Shown: in pieces, positions 1 to 8,382 of the stretch
Layout: the number at the start of each line of letters is the position of its first letter
Numbering within the stretch: the first letter of the stretch is position 1
Program-made: the position numbers and the translations under genes
Notes under the pieces: generated by a model
Database searches by the model: none
What the model was told of the DNA's origin: nothing
What the model saw: only the letters and a program-made list of their open reading frames with translations
From: Candidatus Micrarchaeia archaeon
Lineage (GTDB): Archaea > Micrarchaeota > Micrarchaeia > Anstonellales > Bilamarchaeaceae
Length of the DNA stretch: 31,704 nt
Reading direction: 5' to 3'
Assembly (NCBI GenBank): GCA_046538155.1
Contig: JBKHJL010000009.1
Location: 1-31,704, forward strand

Positions 1-682
1 ATCTGAGTGTGAGGAGGTCTAGGAACATTTTTGGGGAATCCCACAAAGAGAACTTCCCCCCGCCGTATTCCCTGTTTTCTATTCTATATTCAGTTATTTT
101 TCCTCCATGATTTTTTACTTGTTCCAAGAGTTCTATATCAAATGCAAACCCCCTAATCCTGAATACTTCTCCTGCCCCGGAATAAACCAGCTTCTTTTTG
201 AAAAATTTGCATCCGCATTGCGTATCCGAAATCCCGATTCCAAAAAGAACATTCACATAAATATTGAATAATTTTGAGGCGATTTCTCGGAAGAGGCTGC
301 TTCTCCGGCTGTTTATCCGTTTTCCAATCAGACAATCCAATTCCTTTTCCAAAAATACGTCCATCATTTTTTCAATAGTATTTTCCTGCAAATTTTCATC
401 CACATCAAGAAAGCCAACATAATCTGTTTTTGCGGCCTTTATCCCTTCCTCTACAGCCCCGCCCTTGCCCAGCCTTTTGGAATATTTTTTTATCTGTATT
501 TCTTTTCCAGGGTTGTCCTGCTTAATGCCCTCCAGAATCCGGTATGTTTTGTCATTCCCGTCTACAATGAACAGGAATCTGCAGTTTTCCGAGAGCGTCT
601 TGCTGGAGATGAACCTGGATGCCGCTCTGGATATGCGGTCTTCTTCATTATATGCAGGAACAACCAAGGTTATCTTTTTCAA
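1..682 (-). CDS. Glycosyltransferase family 2 (dolichyl-phosphate glycosyltransferase/DPM1-like), 3' end runs off the window
   Basis: Manually translated, absent from the ORF track. TTG start at 682 gives KKITLVVPAYNEEDRI...FIVDG...RLGKGGAV...VGFLDVD...ISDTQCGCKFF...GFAFDIELL...MFLDLLTLR. These are GT2 motifs (PAYNE, GKGGAV, DxD, DTQCG). No stop before position 1. Confidence 0.9.
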   Translation of the reverse strand, partial: MKKITLVVPAYNEEDRISRAASRFISSKTLSENCRFLFIVDGNDKTYRILEGIKQDNPGKEIQIKKYSKRLGKGGAVEEGIKAAKTDYVGFLDVDENLQENTIEKMMDVFLEKELDCLIGKRINSRRSSLFREIASKLFNIYVNVLFGIGISDTQCGCKFFKKKLVYSGAGEVFRIRGFAFDIELLEQVKNHGGKITEYRIENREYGGGKFSLWDSPKMFLDLLTLR

Positions 683-719
683 GTACCAACCACCATACCG
701 GAAAGTTACCCCCGAACTC

Positions 720-728
720 CTTTTTAAC
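720..728 (+). promoter_or_regulatory. Putative TATA box for the XPD helicase gene
   Basis: TTTTTAA about 24 nt upstream of GTG 751, in the divergent intergenic region 683-750. Confidence 0.45.
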
Positions 729-750
729 TCTCCACCATAAAAATATACGC

Positions 751-2586
751 GTGGCGCAAATCTATTTCAGGCACGACAGCCTGAGGAAACAGCAGGAAAA
801 CCTGGTAAAGGATGCCTACTCTGCAATAGAAGGGGAAAAGAACCTCCTTGCACATGCGCCTGTTGGCCTGGGAAAGACCGATGCCCTTATTTCACCCGCG
901 GTTTCCTATGCCCTGGAAAACAACAAAACAGTGTTCTTCCTAACCCCAAAAATTTCCCAGCACAGGATTGCCCTGGATGTGGTGAGGGGCCTGGCCCGGA
1001 AGTATGAGCTGGACCTCAGGGCAGTGGACCTGGTGGGGAGGAGATACTCGTGCATAGACCCGGTGCTGTCTGAGCAGGACCATGAAGGATTCTACCAGTC
1101 CTGCGAAAGAAAGCGGAAGCGGGAGGAATGCCCTTATTTCAGGAACGCGAAGGGATACAGCAGGCTGGAGGAGGCAAAAGCAGACCACCTGTTCAAGGAG
1201 GTCCTGAAAAAATACGGGAGCGGGATGAATCACGAGGAACTCGTGGAGCTCGGGAGGCAGAAAGAGGCATGTCCATATGAGTGGATGACTAAGGTTGCGG
1301 CGCGTTCCAATGTCATAATTGCAGACTATTTCCACATGATGCTCCCCCAGATACGGGACGTTCTGCTTGCAAGGCTGAAAAAGAAGATTTCAGATTCAGT
1401 AATAATCGTGGACGAAGCCCACAACCTTTCAAGGAGGGTAAGGGACCAGCTTTCAGTTTCCACAAACTCATTTCTCCTCCGCAGGCTTGACAAAGAACTG
1501 CGCTTCCTTGGAATGGAAAGCCATTTCTACTCAAAATTCAACCGCTGGGCAAAAAAAGAGCTTGGTAAGGCAAGGGAAAAGCTTGTTTCCAGGGAATTGT
1601 TTTTTGAGGCGATTGCAAATGAGGATTATGCACCTGCAGAGCTTGCGGACTATCTGGAAAGCTGCGGGGAGGCATTCATAGAGGCAACAGGGAAAAGGAG
1701 CTTTTCCCTTAAGTTCTCCCGCTTTTTGCAGAAGTGGGCAGACAGCAGGGACGCAACCCCGTCAGTAAACATACTCAGGAAAAAGGGCGAGTCCTTCTTC
1801 CTTTCCAAAAAAGCCCTTGACCCGAGCCCCGCAACCTCAAAAATAAACTCTGCCCATTCCGCAATACTCACAAGCGGGACCCTGCTTCCCCTGGAGATGC
1901 ACAGGGATGTGCTGGGGCTTGATGCGGAGAATACACAGATGAGAATGTACACTTCTCCATTCAGGAAGAGGAACAAGCTGAACATCATTCTTGAGGGCTT
2001 CACAACAAAATATTCCCGCAGGGAACCCCGGGAATACAAAAAGATGGCAGCGATGCTGGACAGGGTGGTCAGCACAACTCCAGGGGGCACAGCGCTTTTC
2101 TTCCCTTCCTACAAGGTAATGGATGCAGTACTTCCTTTTATGAATTCCCGGAACCTGCTTGTCCAGAGAGAAAGGATGAAACCATCTGAAATCGGGGACC
2201 TTCTCAAGAGCTTCAGGAAAAAAGGGGCCCTTTGTGCAGTGCAGGGGGGGTCTCTTGCAGAAGGGGTTGATTTCTGCCAGGGGGAAATAAAGACTGCTGT
2301 GGTTGTGGGGGTTGCCCTGGATGAGATGAGCCTTGAAGTGGAATCATTGATAGACCATTATGATGCAAAATTCGGCCGGGGCTGGGATTATGGGTATCTG
2401 TATCCTGCGGTGATAAAGGCAATACAGGCAGGAGGCAGGGCAATAAGAAAAGAGACGGACAGGGCAGTTGTTGTGTATATGGACGAGCGCTTCCGCTGGA
2501 AAAACTACAGCCCCCTTCTTCCGAAAGACGAGAGATTTGTTTCAGCCGGGGACCCTATCCCCTATCTTGAAAAGTTCTGGGAATGA
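751..2586 (+). CDS. xpd: XPD/Rad3/DinG-family ATP-dependent DNA helicase with Fe-S cluster
   Basis: Q-motif (LRKQQ), Walker A APVGLGKT, four Fe-S Cys (YSC, QSC, ECPYF, ACPYE), DEAH, SGTL, FFPSY, EGVDF, QAGGRAIR. Start moved to GTG 751 because the ORF-track start at 619 overlaps the GT2 gene. Confidence 0.92.
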   Translation: MAQIYFRHDSLRKQQENLVKDAYSAIEGEKNLLAHAPVGLGKTDALISPAVSYALENNKTVFFLTPKISQHRIALDVVRGLARKYELDLRAVDLVGRRYSCIDPVLSEQDHEGFYQSCERKRKREECPYFRNAKGYSRLEEAKADHLFKEVLKKYGSGMNHEELVELGRQKEACPYEWMTKVAARSNVIIADYFHMMLPQIRDVLLARLKKKISDSVIIVDEAHNLSRRVRDQLSVSTNSFLLRRLDKELRFLGMESHFYSKFNRWAKKELGKAREKLVSRELFFEAIANEDYAPAELADYLESCGEAFIEATGKRSFSLKFSRFLQKWADSRDATPSVNILRKKGESFFLSKKALDPSPATSKINSAHSAILTSGTLLPLEMHRDVLGLDAENTQMRMYTSPFRKRNKLNIILEGFTTKYSRREPREYKKMAAMLDRVVSTTPGGTALFFPSYKVMDAVLPFMNSRNLLVQRERMKPSEIGDLLKSFRKKGALCAVQGGSLAEGVDFCQGEIKTAVVVGVALDEMSLEVESLIDHYDAKFGRGWDYGYLYPAVIKAIQAGGRAIRKETDRAVVVYMDERFRWKNYSPLLPKDERFVSAGDPIPYLEKFWE

Positions 2587-2644
2587 GATGGCCCGGACAG
2601 CAGAACGGTTGAGATTAAAAACGTAAGTGGACAAGATTGTTTTT

Positions 2645-3964
2645 ATGCTTCTTTCGCAGAAATATGCGCCTGACAGGCTGGAAGAGGTGCTGGGCAATCT
2701 CACTGCCAAGAAGCAGCTGAAGCGCTGGATGCTTACCTGGATGCGGGGAAAGAGGCAGGAGCCCCTGCTGCTGAGCGGCCCCCCCGGAGTCGGAAAAACA
2801 GCGATGGTCTATGCATTAAAGAAGGAGCTGGGCCTTGAGCTCCTGGAAATGACCGCGAGCGATTTCCGCAACCGGGATAAAGTTGAAAAAATACTCGGGG
2901 GCTCAATGTCTGCATCCACTCTCTCGGGAAAGGCAAAGCTGATTTTCATAGATGATGTTGATGCAATGGGAAGGGAAGACCGCGGGGGAATGGGAGCTAT
3001 TTCAAAGCTGCTGAAAGATGCGCCCTTCCCAATTATCCTCACTGCAGAGGATTCCTGGAACAGGAAAATATTCCCGCTCCGCTCATATTGCAGCATGATC
3101 CAGCTGAAGAGGCCCATAGCTCCCTCCATTGCAAAGCTCCTCAGGGAAACAGCAGGAAAGGAAGGCATGAAAGTAAGCGAAGAAAAAATACAGGCCATCG
3201 CTGAGGCTGCCCACGGGGACATCCGCTCTGCAATAAACGACCTGCAGGCAAATTCAGTAGGGGAGAGGGACAGGGAAAAAGACATTTTTACCATGCTTAA
3301 GAAGCTTTTCCGGGCCCAGACTTATGCTGAAGCAAGGGAGATTTCATTTGGGAATTTTGACCACGATATGCTAAAACTCTGGATAGATGAGAACATCCCT
3401 CTGGTCATGCCACCGCAGGATGTGCCCCCTGCATACAGCAGGCTTTCCCGAGCCGACATTTTTGACGGGAGGATACTTAACCGCCAGGCGTGGGGCTTCC
3501 TGAAATATTCCAGCGACCTGATGACCGCAGGTGTTTCTCTTTCCCGCTCTGATATGCGCCCTAAATTTGTACGGTTCCAGTTCCCATCGTTTCTGAAAAA
3601 AATGAAAGCAACGTCTTCCTCCAGGGCAACGATGAAATCGCTTCTCTCAAAAATAGGGAGGAAGGTACATACTTCCCCGAGAAGGGCGGAATCATACCTG
3701 CCGGTTTTTGCCGGCCTTTACGAGGAGGACCCGGGGTATTTTGCAGTCAATTACGGTATAGATGAGAAGGAGGCAGCGCTGCTAAAGAAGTTTTATGCAG
3801 GAAGCAGGAGAAAGAGAAAACCCGCAAAAAAGAAAAAAACTCCTGAGAAGGCCAAAAAGCAGGAAAATTCAGAGGGGGAGAAAGAGGAAAAAAGCAGAAA
3901 TAACAAACCTTCCAAATCCACAAAACCAGCCCACAAAGGACCCAAACTCCACGAATTTTTTTAA
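2645..3964 (+). CDS. rfcL: Replication factor C large subunit
   Basis: KYAP motif, Walker A GPPGVGKT, EMTASDFR, Walker B FIDDVD, GDIRSAINDLQ, WIDENIP, LSRADIF, Lys-rich tail ending in a PIP-like KLHEFF. ATG 2645 preferred as start. Confidence 0.93.
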   Translation: MLLSQKYAPDRLEEVLGNLTAKKQLKRWMLTWMRGKRQEPLLLSGPPGVGKTAMVYALKKELGLELLEMTASDFRNRDKVEKILGGSMSASTLSGKAKLIFIDDVDAMGREDRGGMGAISKLLKDAPFPIILTAEDSWNRKIFPLRSYCSMIQLKRPIAPSIAKLLRETAGKEGMKVSEEKIQAIAEAAHGDIRSAINDLQANSVGERDREKDIFTMLKKLFRAQTYAEAREISFGNFDHDMLKLWIDENIPLVMPPQDVPPAYSRLSRADIFDGRILNRQAWGFLKYSSDLMTAGVSLSRSDMRPKFVRFQFPSFLKKMKATSSSRATMKSLLSKIGRKVHTSPRRAESYLPVFAGLYEEDPGYFAVNYGIDEKEAALLKKFYAGSRRKRKPAKKKKTPEKAKKQENSEGEKEEKSRNNKPSKSTKPAHKGPKLHEFF

Positions 3965-4106
3965 GGTTCCTACGTCGGACCCTGGCCAGCAGGCCAGCAA
4001 TTCCCCATACCGTCATAGCTTCCCATATTTTACTGACGGAAGCTCGAGGATAGGTTTATTAATCTTTAGCTCGTCTATAGCTCCAGTACACATCGAGGTG
4101 GACTAA

Positions 4107-4322
4107 ATGGGAAGAAAAATTGGATCTGAAAGAATAGACAGACAGGATGGATACCTTTATTACGTCGGAAAGGACGGATATGTATGGAGAGTGCCCATGA
4201 AGCACAACAAGAGGGGCACCAAAAAGAGAGTCGGAACCGAAAAGGTCCAGAAGGAATCGGGATTCCTTTACTATGTTGGTTCTGACGGCTTTGTTTACAA
4301 GGCAAAGATGAAGAACGCATAA
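4107..4322 (+). CDS. Small basic two-repeat hypothetical protein (possible nucleic-acid-binding)
   Basis: Strong SD GAGGTG (4095-4100) and upstream TTTATTAA (4055-4062). Internal duplication KIGSERIDRQDGYLYYVGKDGYVWRVPMK / RVGTEKVQKESGFLYYVGSDGFVYKAKMK. Followed by a T-rich tract. Confidence 0.8.
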   Translation: MGRKIGSERIDRQDGYLYYVGKDGYVWRVPMKHNKRGTKKRVGTEKVQKESGFLYYVGSDGFVYKAKMKNA

Positions 4323-4328
4323 GCGTAA

Positions 4329-4360
4329 CCTTCTCTTTTTTATTTTTATCTTTTTATATA
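4329..4360 (+). terminator. T-rich archaeal terminator merging into a TATA-like TTTATATA upstream of rps6e
   Basis: CTTCTCTTTTTATTTTTATCTTTTTATATA directly after the stop at 4322. Confidence 0.5.
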
Positions 4361-4396
4361 CTCCTTCTAACATAACTTTGGGTGAGAGTTGATTAT

Positions 4397-4798
4397 ATGA
4401 AATTGGTTGTTTCAGATACTAAATCAGGCAGGACAGTCCAGATTGACGTTCCTGAAGAGAAAAGGGCACTTATTACAGGTAAGCAGATTGGAAATGAGAT
4501 GCAGGGCGATGATTTCGGGCTTCCAGGATACACGCTCAAGCTCACTGGCGGAAGTGATACAAGCGGATTTCCAATGCGCTCTTCTGTTTCCGGCTCCAGG
4601 AAAGTAAAATCACTGGTTTCCGGAGGCCCGGGCTTCAAGCCGGAGAGAAAAGGGCAGAGGAAGAAAAAGGTTTTCCGTGGCGACACTTATTCTCCGGAAA
4701 TTACCCAGGTGAACTCCATGGTTTCCAAGCCGGGCGCAAAATCTTTTGACGAACTGTTCCCAAAAGAAGCGAAAGCTGAAAAAGAAGAGGGCAAGTAG
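4397..4798 (+). CDS. rps6e: 30S ribosomal protein S6e
   Basis: MKLVVSD.K.G, GLPGYTLKLTGGSDTSGFPMR, G.RKKK..RG motifs. Directly upstream of aIF2-gamma, the usual archaeal gene order. Confidence 0.96.
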   Translation: MKLVVSDTKSGRTVQIDVPEEKRALITGKQIGNEMQGDDFGLPGYTLKLTGGSDTSGFPMRSSVSGSRKVKSLVSGGPGFKPERKGQRKKKVFRGDTYSPEITQVNSMVSKPGAKSFDELFPKEAKAEKEEGK

Positions 4799-4806
4799 GT
4801 GTTACT

Positions 4807-5994
4807 CTGCAGGCTGAAGTAAACATCGGGCTGATGGGGCATGTGGACCACGGCAAGACCAGCCTTACCCGTGCCCTCACAGGAAAATGGACAGATACCC
4901 ATTCAGAAGAGCTGAAGAGGGGAATATCCATACGCCTGGGGTATGCGGACGCGGAAATAAGATACTGCCAGCCCTGCGACAGGTACACCACTGAAGAAAA
5001 GTGCCCGGAATGCGGAAAGCAAACAGAACTGAAGAGGCGGGTTTCTTTTCTTGATGCCCCGGGCCACGAAACACTCATGACCACGGTTATTTCTGCCTCA
5101 AGCATAATGGACGGGGCGGTGCTCCTTATTGCAGCAAATGAGGATTGCCCCCAGCCGCAGACTGTGGAGCACCTGATGGTGCTTGATATGCTTGGAATAA
5201 AGAACATTGTTGTGGTCCAGACCAAGATTGACCTGGTTTCAAAAGATGATGCAAAAGCCCATTATGAAAAAATAAAAGAATTCATTAAGGGCTCGGTTGC
5301 AGAAGGCGCCCCCATCATCCCTGTTGTTGCAAACTACAAGATAAATATAGGCGAGGTTTCAAGGGCAATAGAAGAGAATATTCCCACCCCTGAGCGGGAC
5401 CCGAATGCCCCTCCCCTGCTTTATGTTTCCCGTTCCTTTGATGTGAACAAGCCGGGGATGGATGTGTCTTCCATGAAAGGGGGCGTTGTTGGCGGCTCAC
5501 TTTTAAGAGGCAAATTCAGCCCCGGGGACAAGATTGCATTCCTTCCCGGGATAGACCGGGAAGGGAAGCCCCCGAAGCCGGTAACAACTGAAATCTCTTC
5601 CCTTATGTGCGAAGGGGGAACGCTTGAGGAGGCCCATCCTGGAGGGCTTATCGCGGTAGGCACAAAGCTGGACCCGAGCATAACAAAAGGGGATTCCCTT
5701 ATTGGCTGTGCGGTTGGGGCCCCCGGCTCTCTTCCACCTGTTCTGGGCGAACTTGACATTGCCTACACTCCTCTTGAGAGGACGGAGTTTGAGAATCCTC
5801 CCCCAAAGCCCGGTGAGCCGGTTGTGATAAGTGCACAGACATCTACCACTGTTGGGGTTATTTCCGGATACAAGAAGGGAAAAGCATCCATAAAGCTCAA
5901 GAAGCCGGTTGCAGTTGAAAAGGACTCAACCGTGGCGCTAAGCAGGAGAACAGGGCAGCGCTGGAGGCTCTGCGGATGGGGAAAGGTCCAGTAA
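4807..5994 (+). CDS. eif2g: Translation initiation factor 2 subunit gamma (aIF2-gamma), probable CTG start
   Basis: QAEVNIGLMGHVDHGKT, DTHSEELKRGISIRLGY, Zn-knuckle CxxC/CPEC, DAPGHE, QTKID, RSFDVNKPG, GGVVGGS, WRLCGWG. The conserved QAEVNIG lies upstream of ATG 4834, so the start is placed at CTG 4807. Confidence 0.95.
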   Translation: MQAEVNIGLMGHVDHGKTSLTRALTGKWTDTHSEELKRGISIRLGYADAEIRYCQPCDRYTTEEKCPECGKQTELKRRVSFLDAPGHETLMTTVISASSIMDGAVLLIAANEDCPQPQTVEHLMVLDMLGIKNIVVVQTKIDLVSKDDAKAHYEKIKEFIKGSVAEGAPIIPVVANYKINIGEVSRAIEENIPTPERDPNAPPLLYVSRSFDVNKPGMDVSSMKGGVVGGSLLRGKFSPGDKIAFLPGIDREGKPPKPVTTEISSLMCEGGTLEEAHPGGLIAVGTKLDPSITKGDSLIGCAVGAPGSLPPVLGELDIAYTPLERTEFENPPPKPGEPVVISAQTSTTVGVISGYKKGKASIKLKKPVAVEKDSTVALSRRTGQRWRLCGWGKVQ

Positions 5995-6064
5995 GTCGCT
6001 TCACTGCAGCCTCCCCAATATTTTAAATTGTTTCCGTCCTATTAAGAACAACAAGGTGTACCAT

Positions 6065-6436
6065 ATGAATATTCAAAATATAATGCGCAGCATGCTGTTT
6101 GGGCTTGTGCTGTTTGGTCTGTTGGCGGCAACTGAACCGGCTGACCCGACTGTTGAAACTATTGAATCGGGTATCTGTGAGCTGTATTACACTGTGCAGT
6201 CGCTTCTTGCCGTAGTTGTGTTCGTGCTTGTAGTAGTCGCGGCAATTGTTTATGCCGCAGGCCAGGTGATGGGTGCTGAGACAAGGGCAAGGGCCTCTGT
6301 CTGGGCAACTTCCATGATTGTCGGTGCAATCATTGGTCTCGTAATTTACATAATCGTCCCGTTAATCCTTGGTACCATGATGGGAGGTATGGATTTGAAT
6401 TCAGTATGTGGTGAAAGTGAGTGGGGAGGAGATTAG
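6065..6436 (+). CDS. VirB2/TrbC/CedA1-like pilin (copy 1)
   Basis: Signal peptide-like N-terminus, then two long hydrophobic helices joined by a short basic loop (GAETRARASVWA), flanked by two Cys. SD AAGGTG precedes ATG 6065. The family call is inferred from architecture. Confidence 0.7.
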   Translation: MNIQNIMRSMLFGLVLFGLLAATEPADPTVETIESGICELYYTVQSLLAVVVFVLVVVAAIVYAAGQVMGAETRARASVWATSMIVGAIIGLVIYIIVPLILGTMMGGMDLNSVCGESEWGGD

Positions 6437-6463
6437 TCATCTTCTTAATGCGGTTCAAGGGGC

Positions 6464-6496
6464 AAGGGGTAGGACCCCTTCTTCTTTTTTTCTTTT
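6464..6496 (+). terminator. Hairpin plus T-tract terminator between the pilin copies
   Basis: AAGGGG-TAGGA-CCCCTT stem-loop followed by CTTCTTTTTTTCTTTT. Confidence 0.7.
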
Positions 6497-6544
6497 AGAT
6501 AGTTTTTTAACCTCTCTCTTTTAGATTGTGACAAGGTGTACCAT

Positions 6545-6964
6545 ATGAATATTCAAAATATAATGCGCAGCATGCTGTTTGGGCTTGTGCTGTTTGGTCT
6601 GTTGGCGGCAACTGAACCGGCTGACCCGACTGTTGAAACTATTGAATCGGGTATCTGTGAGCTGTATTACACTGTGCAGTCGCTTCTTGCCGTAGTTGTG
6701 TTCGTGCTTGTAGTAGTCGCGGCAATTGTTTATGCCGCAGGCCAGGTGATGGGTGCTGAGACAAGGGCAAGGGCCTCTGTCTGGGCAACTTCCATGATTG
6801 TCGGTGCAATCATTGGTCTCGTAATTTACATAATCGTCCCGTTAATCCTTGGTACCATGATGGGAGGTATGGATTTGAATTCAGTATGTGGTGAAGGTAA
6901 TTTTGGAGGAGATTACTCATCAAATAGTCAATCAGGTCCAGGTCCGCAGCCTGTTCCACTGTAG
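6545..6964 (+). CDS. VirB2/TrbC/CedA1-like pilin (copy 2, C-terminally extended)
   Basis: Identical to copy 1 up to SVCGE, then GNFGGDYSSNSQSGPGPQPVPL. Confidence 0.7.
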   Translation: MNIQNIMRSMLFGLVLFGLLAATEPADPTVETIESGICELYYTVQSLLAVVVFVLVVVAAIVYAAGQVMGAETRARASVWATSMIVGAIIGLVIYIIVPLILGTMMGGMDLNSVCGEGNFGGDYSSNSQSGPGPQPVPL

Positions 6965-7080
6965 CCAATGTAGGAATAAGGGTTTTAACCCTTTTCCCCC
7001 AGCATCCGCAGACACCCATGGTATATTCCTTTTTTCTTTTCCCTAATTTATTTAAATTTGAACAGCCAATACATTTCTGA

Positions 7081-7689
7081 ATGAAAGGATACTTTTCGTT
7101 TCTGCTTGTGCTTTCCATAATGGTTTGCATGTTTGCATTCCTCTCCCTGCTTCCCCGGCTGCACAGCGCCTCGGATTATGCGGCAATAGAAGCAGAGAGG
7201 ACCAATTCAGTTTCCATGAACATTAAAGAGAGCCTAATTCTCTCTACATCATACAATATGCGTGCTGCAGCAGAAGCATATGACCTTGCACCAAAAGAGG
7301 AGAAAAACCCGGTTGAGCGGGAGCTCGCAATAAAGGCAGGCATACTCTCAGGATGGGCGCTGCTGTCCCAGCACCAGTTTGACCGGGATTTTGATGTTGA
7401 GTTCTGGTGCGGCTATATAAATAAAGGGACAAAGGAAAGCCTTTCCAGGCAAATGACTGAAGAGGAAAAGGTGCTTCCCTGCCCCGGATGCGCAGGCCCA
7501 TTCCCAATGGATTGCGGCGGATTTATCCAGCTGGACCAGAAGGAAACAGCAGAGGAAAGAGACCGGGTGAGGCTTGCAGGGCCTGCACCACCCCCTGCGT
7601 TTTTTGGAGCGGTCGGGGCGTCGGTGTATTCCCCCAGGTACAAAACGGCAAATGTGGTTTACCTGCCGCTTTCGGAGTGGATAGAATGA
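7081..7689 (+). CDS. Putative class III signal-peptide (type IV pilin-like) protein
   Basis: MKG|YFSFLLVLSIMVCMFAFL, i.e. KG followed by a hydrophobic helix. Extracellular Cys residues. TTTATTTAAA about 25 nt upstream. Confidence 0.6.
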   Translation: MKGYFSFLLVLSIMVCMFAFLSLLPRLHSASDYAAIEAERTNSVSMNIKESLILSTSYNMRAAAEAYDLAPKEEKNPVERELAIKAGILSGWALLSQHQFDRDFDVEFWCGYINKGTKESLSRQMTEEEKVLPCPGCAGPFPMDCGGFIQLDQKETAEERDRVRLAGPAPPPAFFGAVGASVYSPRYKTANVVYLPLSEWIE

Positions 7690-7988
7690 AGGGGCAGATT
7701 GTTGCGGAAGAGCTTTTTTCAGTGCTGATTTACCTTGCGATGCTCTCACTCCTGCTTTCAGGCCTTTTTGTGCTTAAAGATTCAGGCTCGGCCTGGTCCG
7801 AGGAAATTTCCCTGAGGTCTGAAGCCGGCTCGCTTGCCCGGATGGAGGATGCTTTCCACAGCAATAATCTGTACAACCCCCACAACTGGTCAGGGGGAGG
7901 GGAAGGATACGTGCAGCTGGAAAAAGGAGATGCAGCATACCCTGTTGTGTGGGGAAAGCTTGAGGTGGCTAAGGGTGAACCGGTTTAA
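7686..7988 (+). CDS. Class III signal-peptide (type IV pilin-like) protein
   Basis: MKG|QIVAE matches the archaeal prepilin consensus (KG/Q, acidic at +5), followed by a hydrophobic helix. Start overlaps the upstream gene's end. Confidence 0.75.
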   Translation: MKGQIVAEELFSVLIYLAMLSLLLSGLFVLKDSGSAWSEEISLRSEAGSLARMEDAFHSNNLYNPHNWSGGGEGYVQLEKGDAAYPVVWGKLEVAKGEPV

Positions 7989-8382
7989 GGGATTTGTTTC
8001 AATGGACCTGCTTTTTTCTGCGATTCCCATACTGCTCATGCTTTCCCATGCGCTACTCATGGTCTGGGTTTCAGCAGAAGCAACAGGCAATGCCCTTGAG
8101 GCATCGGAAAAAACCGGGAAGCTCATAACAATTGCAGACTACATAGTGAAGAGGGGAGCGGTGGAGCGCTCCCACCAGGGAATGGAATTTATGGGTACAG
8201 CTTCCTACCGGCCAAACGTGATTGACGGGGAAAAGCTTTCCAGGATAAACCAGGAGGAAATACAGAATTGGATGGGGCTTGATTCACTCCAGGTTTCTTT
8301 TGAGAAAGGGAAGGGAAACTGCATCTACCGGCTGGTGCTCCTTAACGGGGAGATAAAGAAGCTTTATGTGTGCGGTGAATAG
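7975..8382 (+). CDS. Class III signal-peptide (type IV pilin-like) protein
   Basis: GTG 7975 after SD GAGGTG; NRFKG|FVSMDLLFSAIPILLML has an acidic residue at +5. Confidence 0.7.
   Translation: MNRFKGFVSMDLLFSAIPILLMLSHALLMVWVSAEATGNALEASEKTGKLITIADYIVKRGAVERSHQGMEFMGTASYRPNVIDGEKLSRINQEEIQNWMGLDSLQVSFEKGKGNCIYRLVLLNGEIKKLYVCGE

Larger units (their letters stand above)
6051..6895 (+). repeat. Direct repeat 6051-6415 = 6531-6895 (365 bp, no mismatch seen, period 480 bp)
   Basis: Line-by-line identity from ACAAGGTGTACCATATG to TCAGTATGTGGTGAA. Similarity continues for 26 more nt with 6 mismatches. Confidence 0.97.

Noticed and set aside
153..740. ORF-track calls 153..335 (-) and 465..740 (+), and the 619 start for XPD
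   Set aside because: The region is occupied by the minus-strand GT2 gene (1-682), which has clear family motifs.
751..3964. XPD and RFC as a DNA-repair module functionally tied to a DNA-import system
   Set aside because: Both are ordinary archaeal housekeeping genes, separated from the pilins by translation genes; proximity alone is not evidence.
3965..4106. tRNA or SRP RNA in the rfcL downstream gap
   Set aside because: No cloverleaf or T-loop consensus, and too short for archaeal SRP RNA.
6051..6921. Duplicated pilin region as a diversity-generating retroelement TR/VR pair
   Set aside because: No reverse transcriptase in the window, both copies are full genes, and the mismatches (A/G, G/A, three G/T, G/C) are not adenine-specific.
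7488..7974. Long N-terminal extensions of ORFs 7488..7988 and 7834..8382 (likewise the 15914, 21502 and 14869 starts)
   Set aside because: They overlap neighbouring genes; downstream starts give proper signal peptides, SD sites or stop/start coupling.
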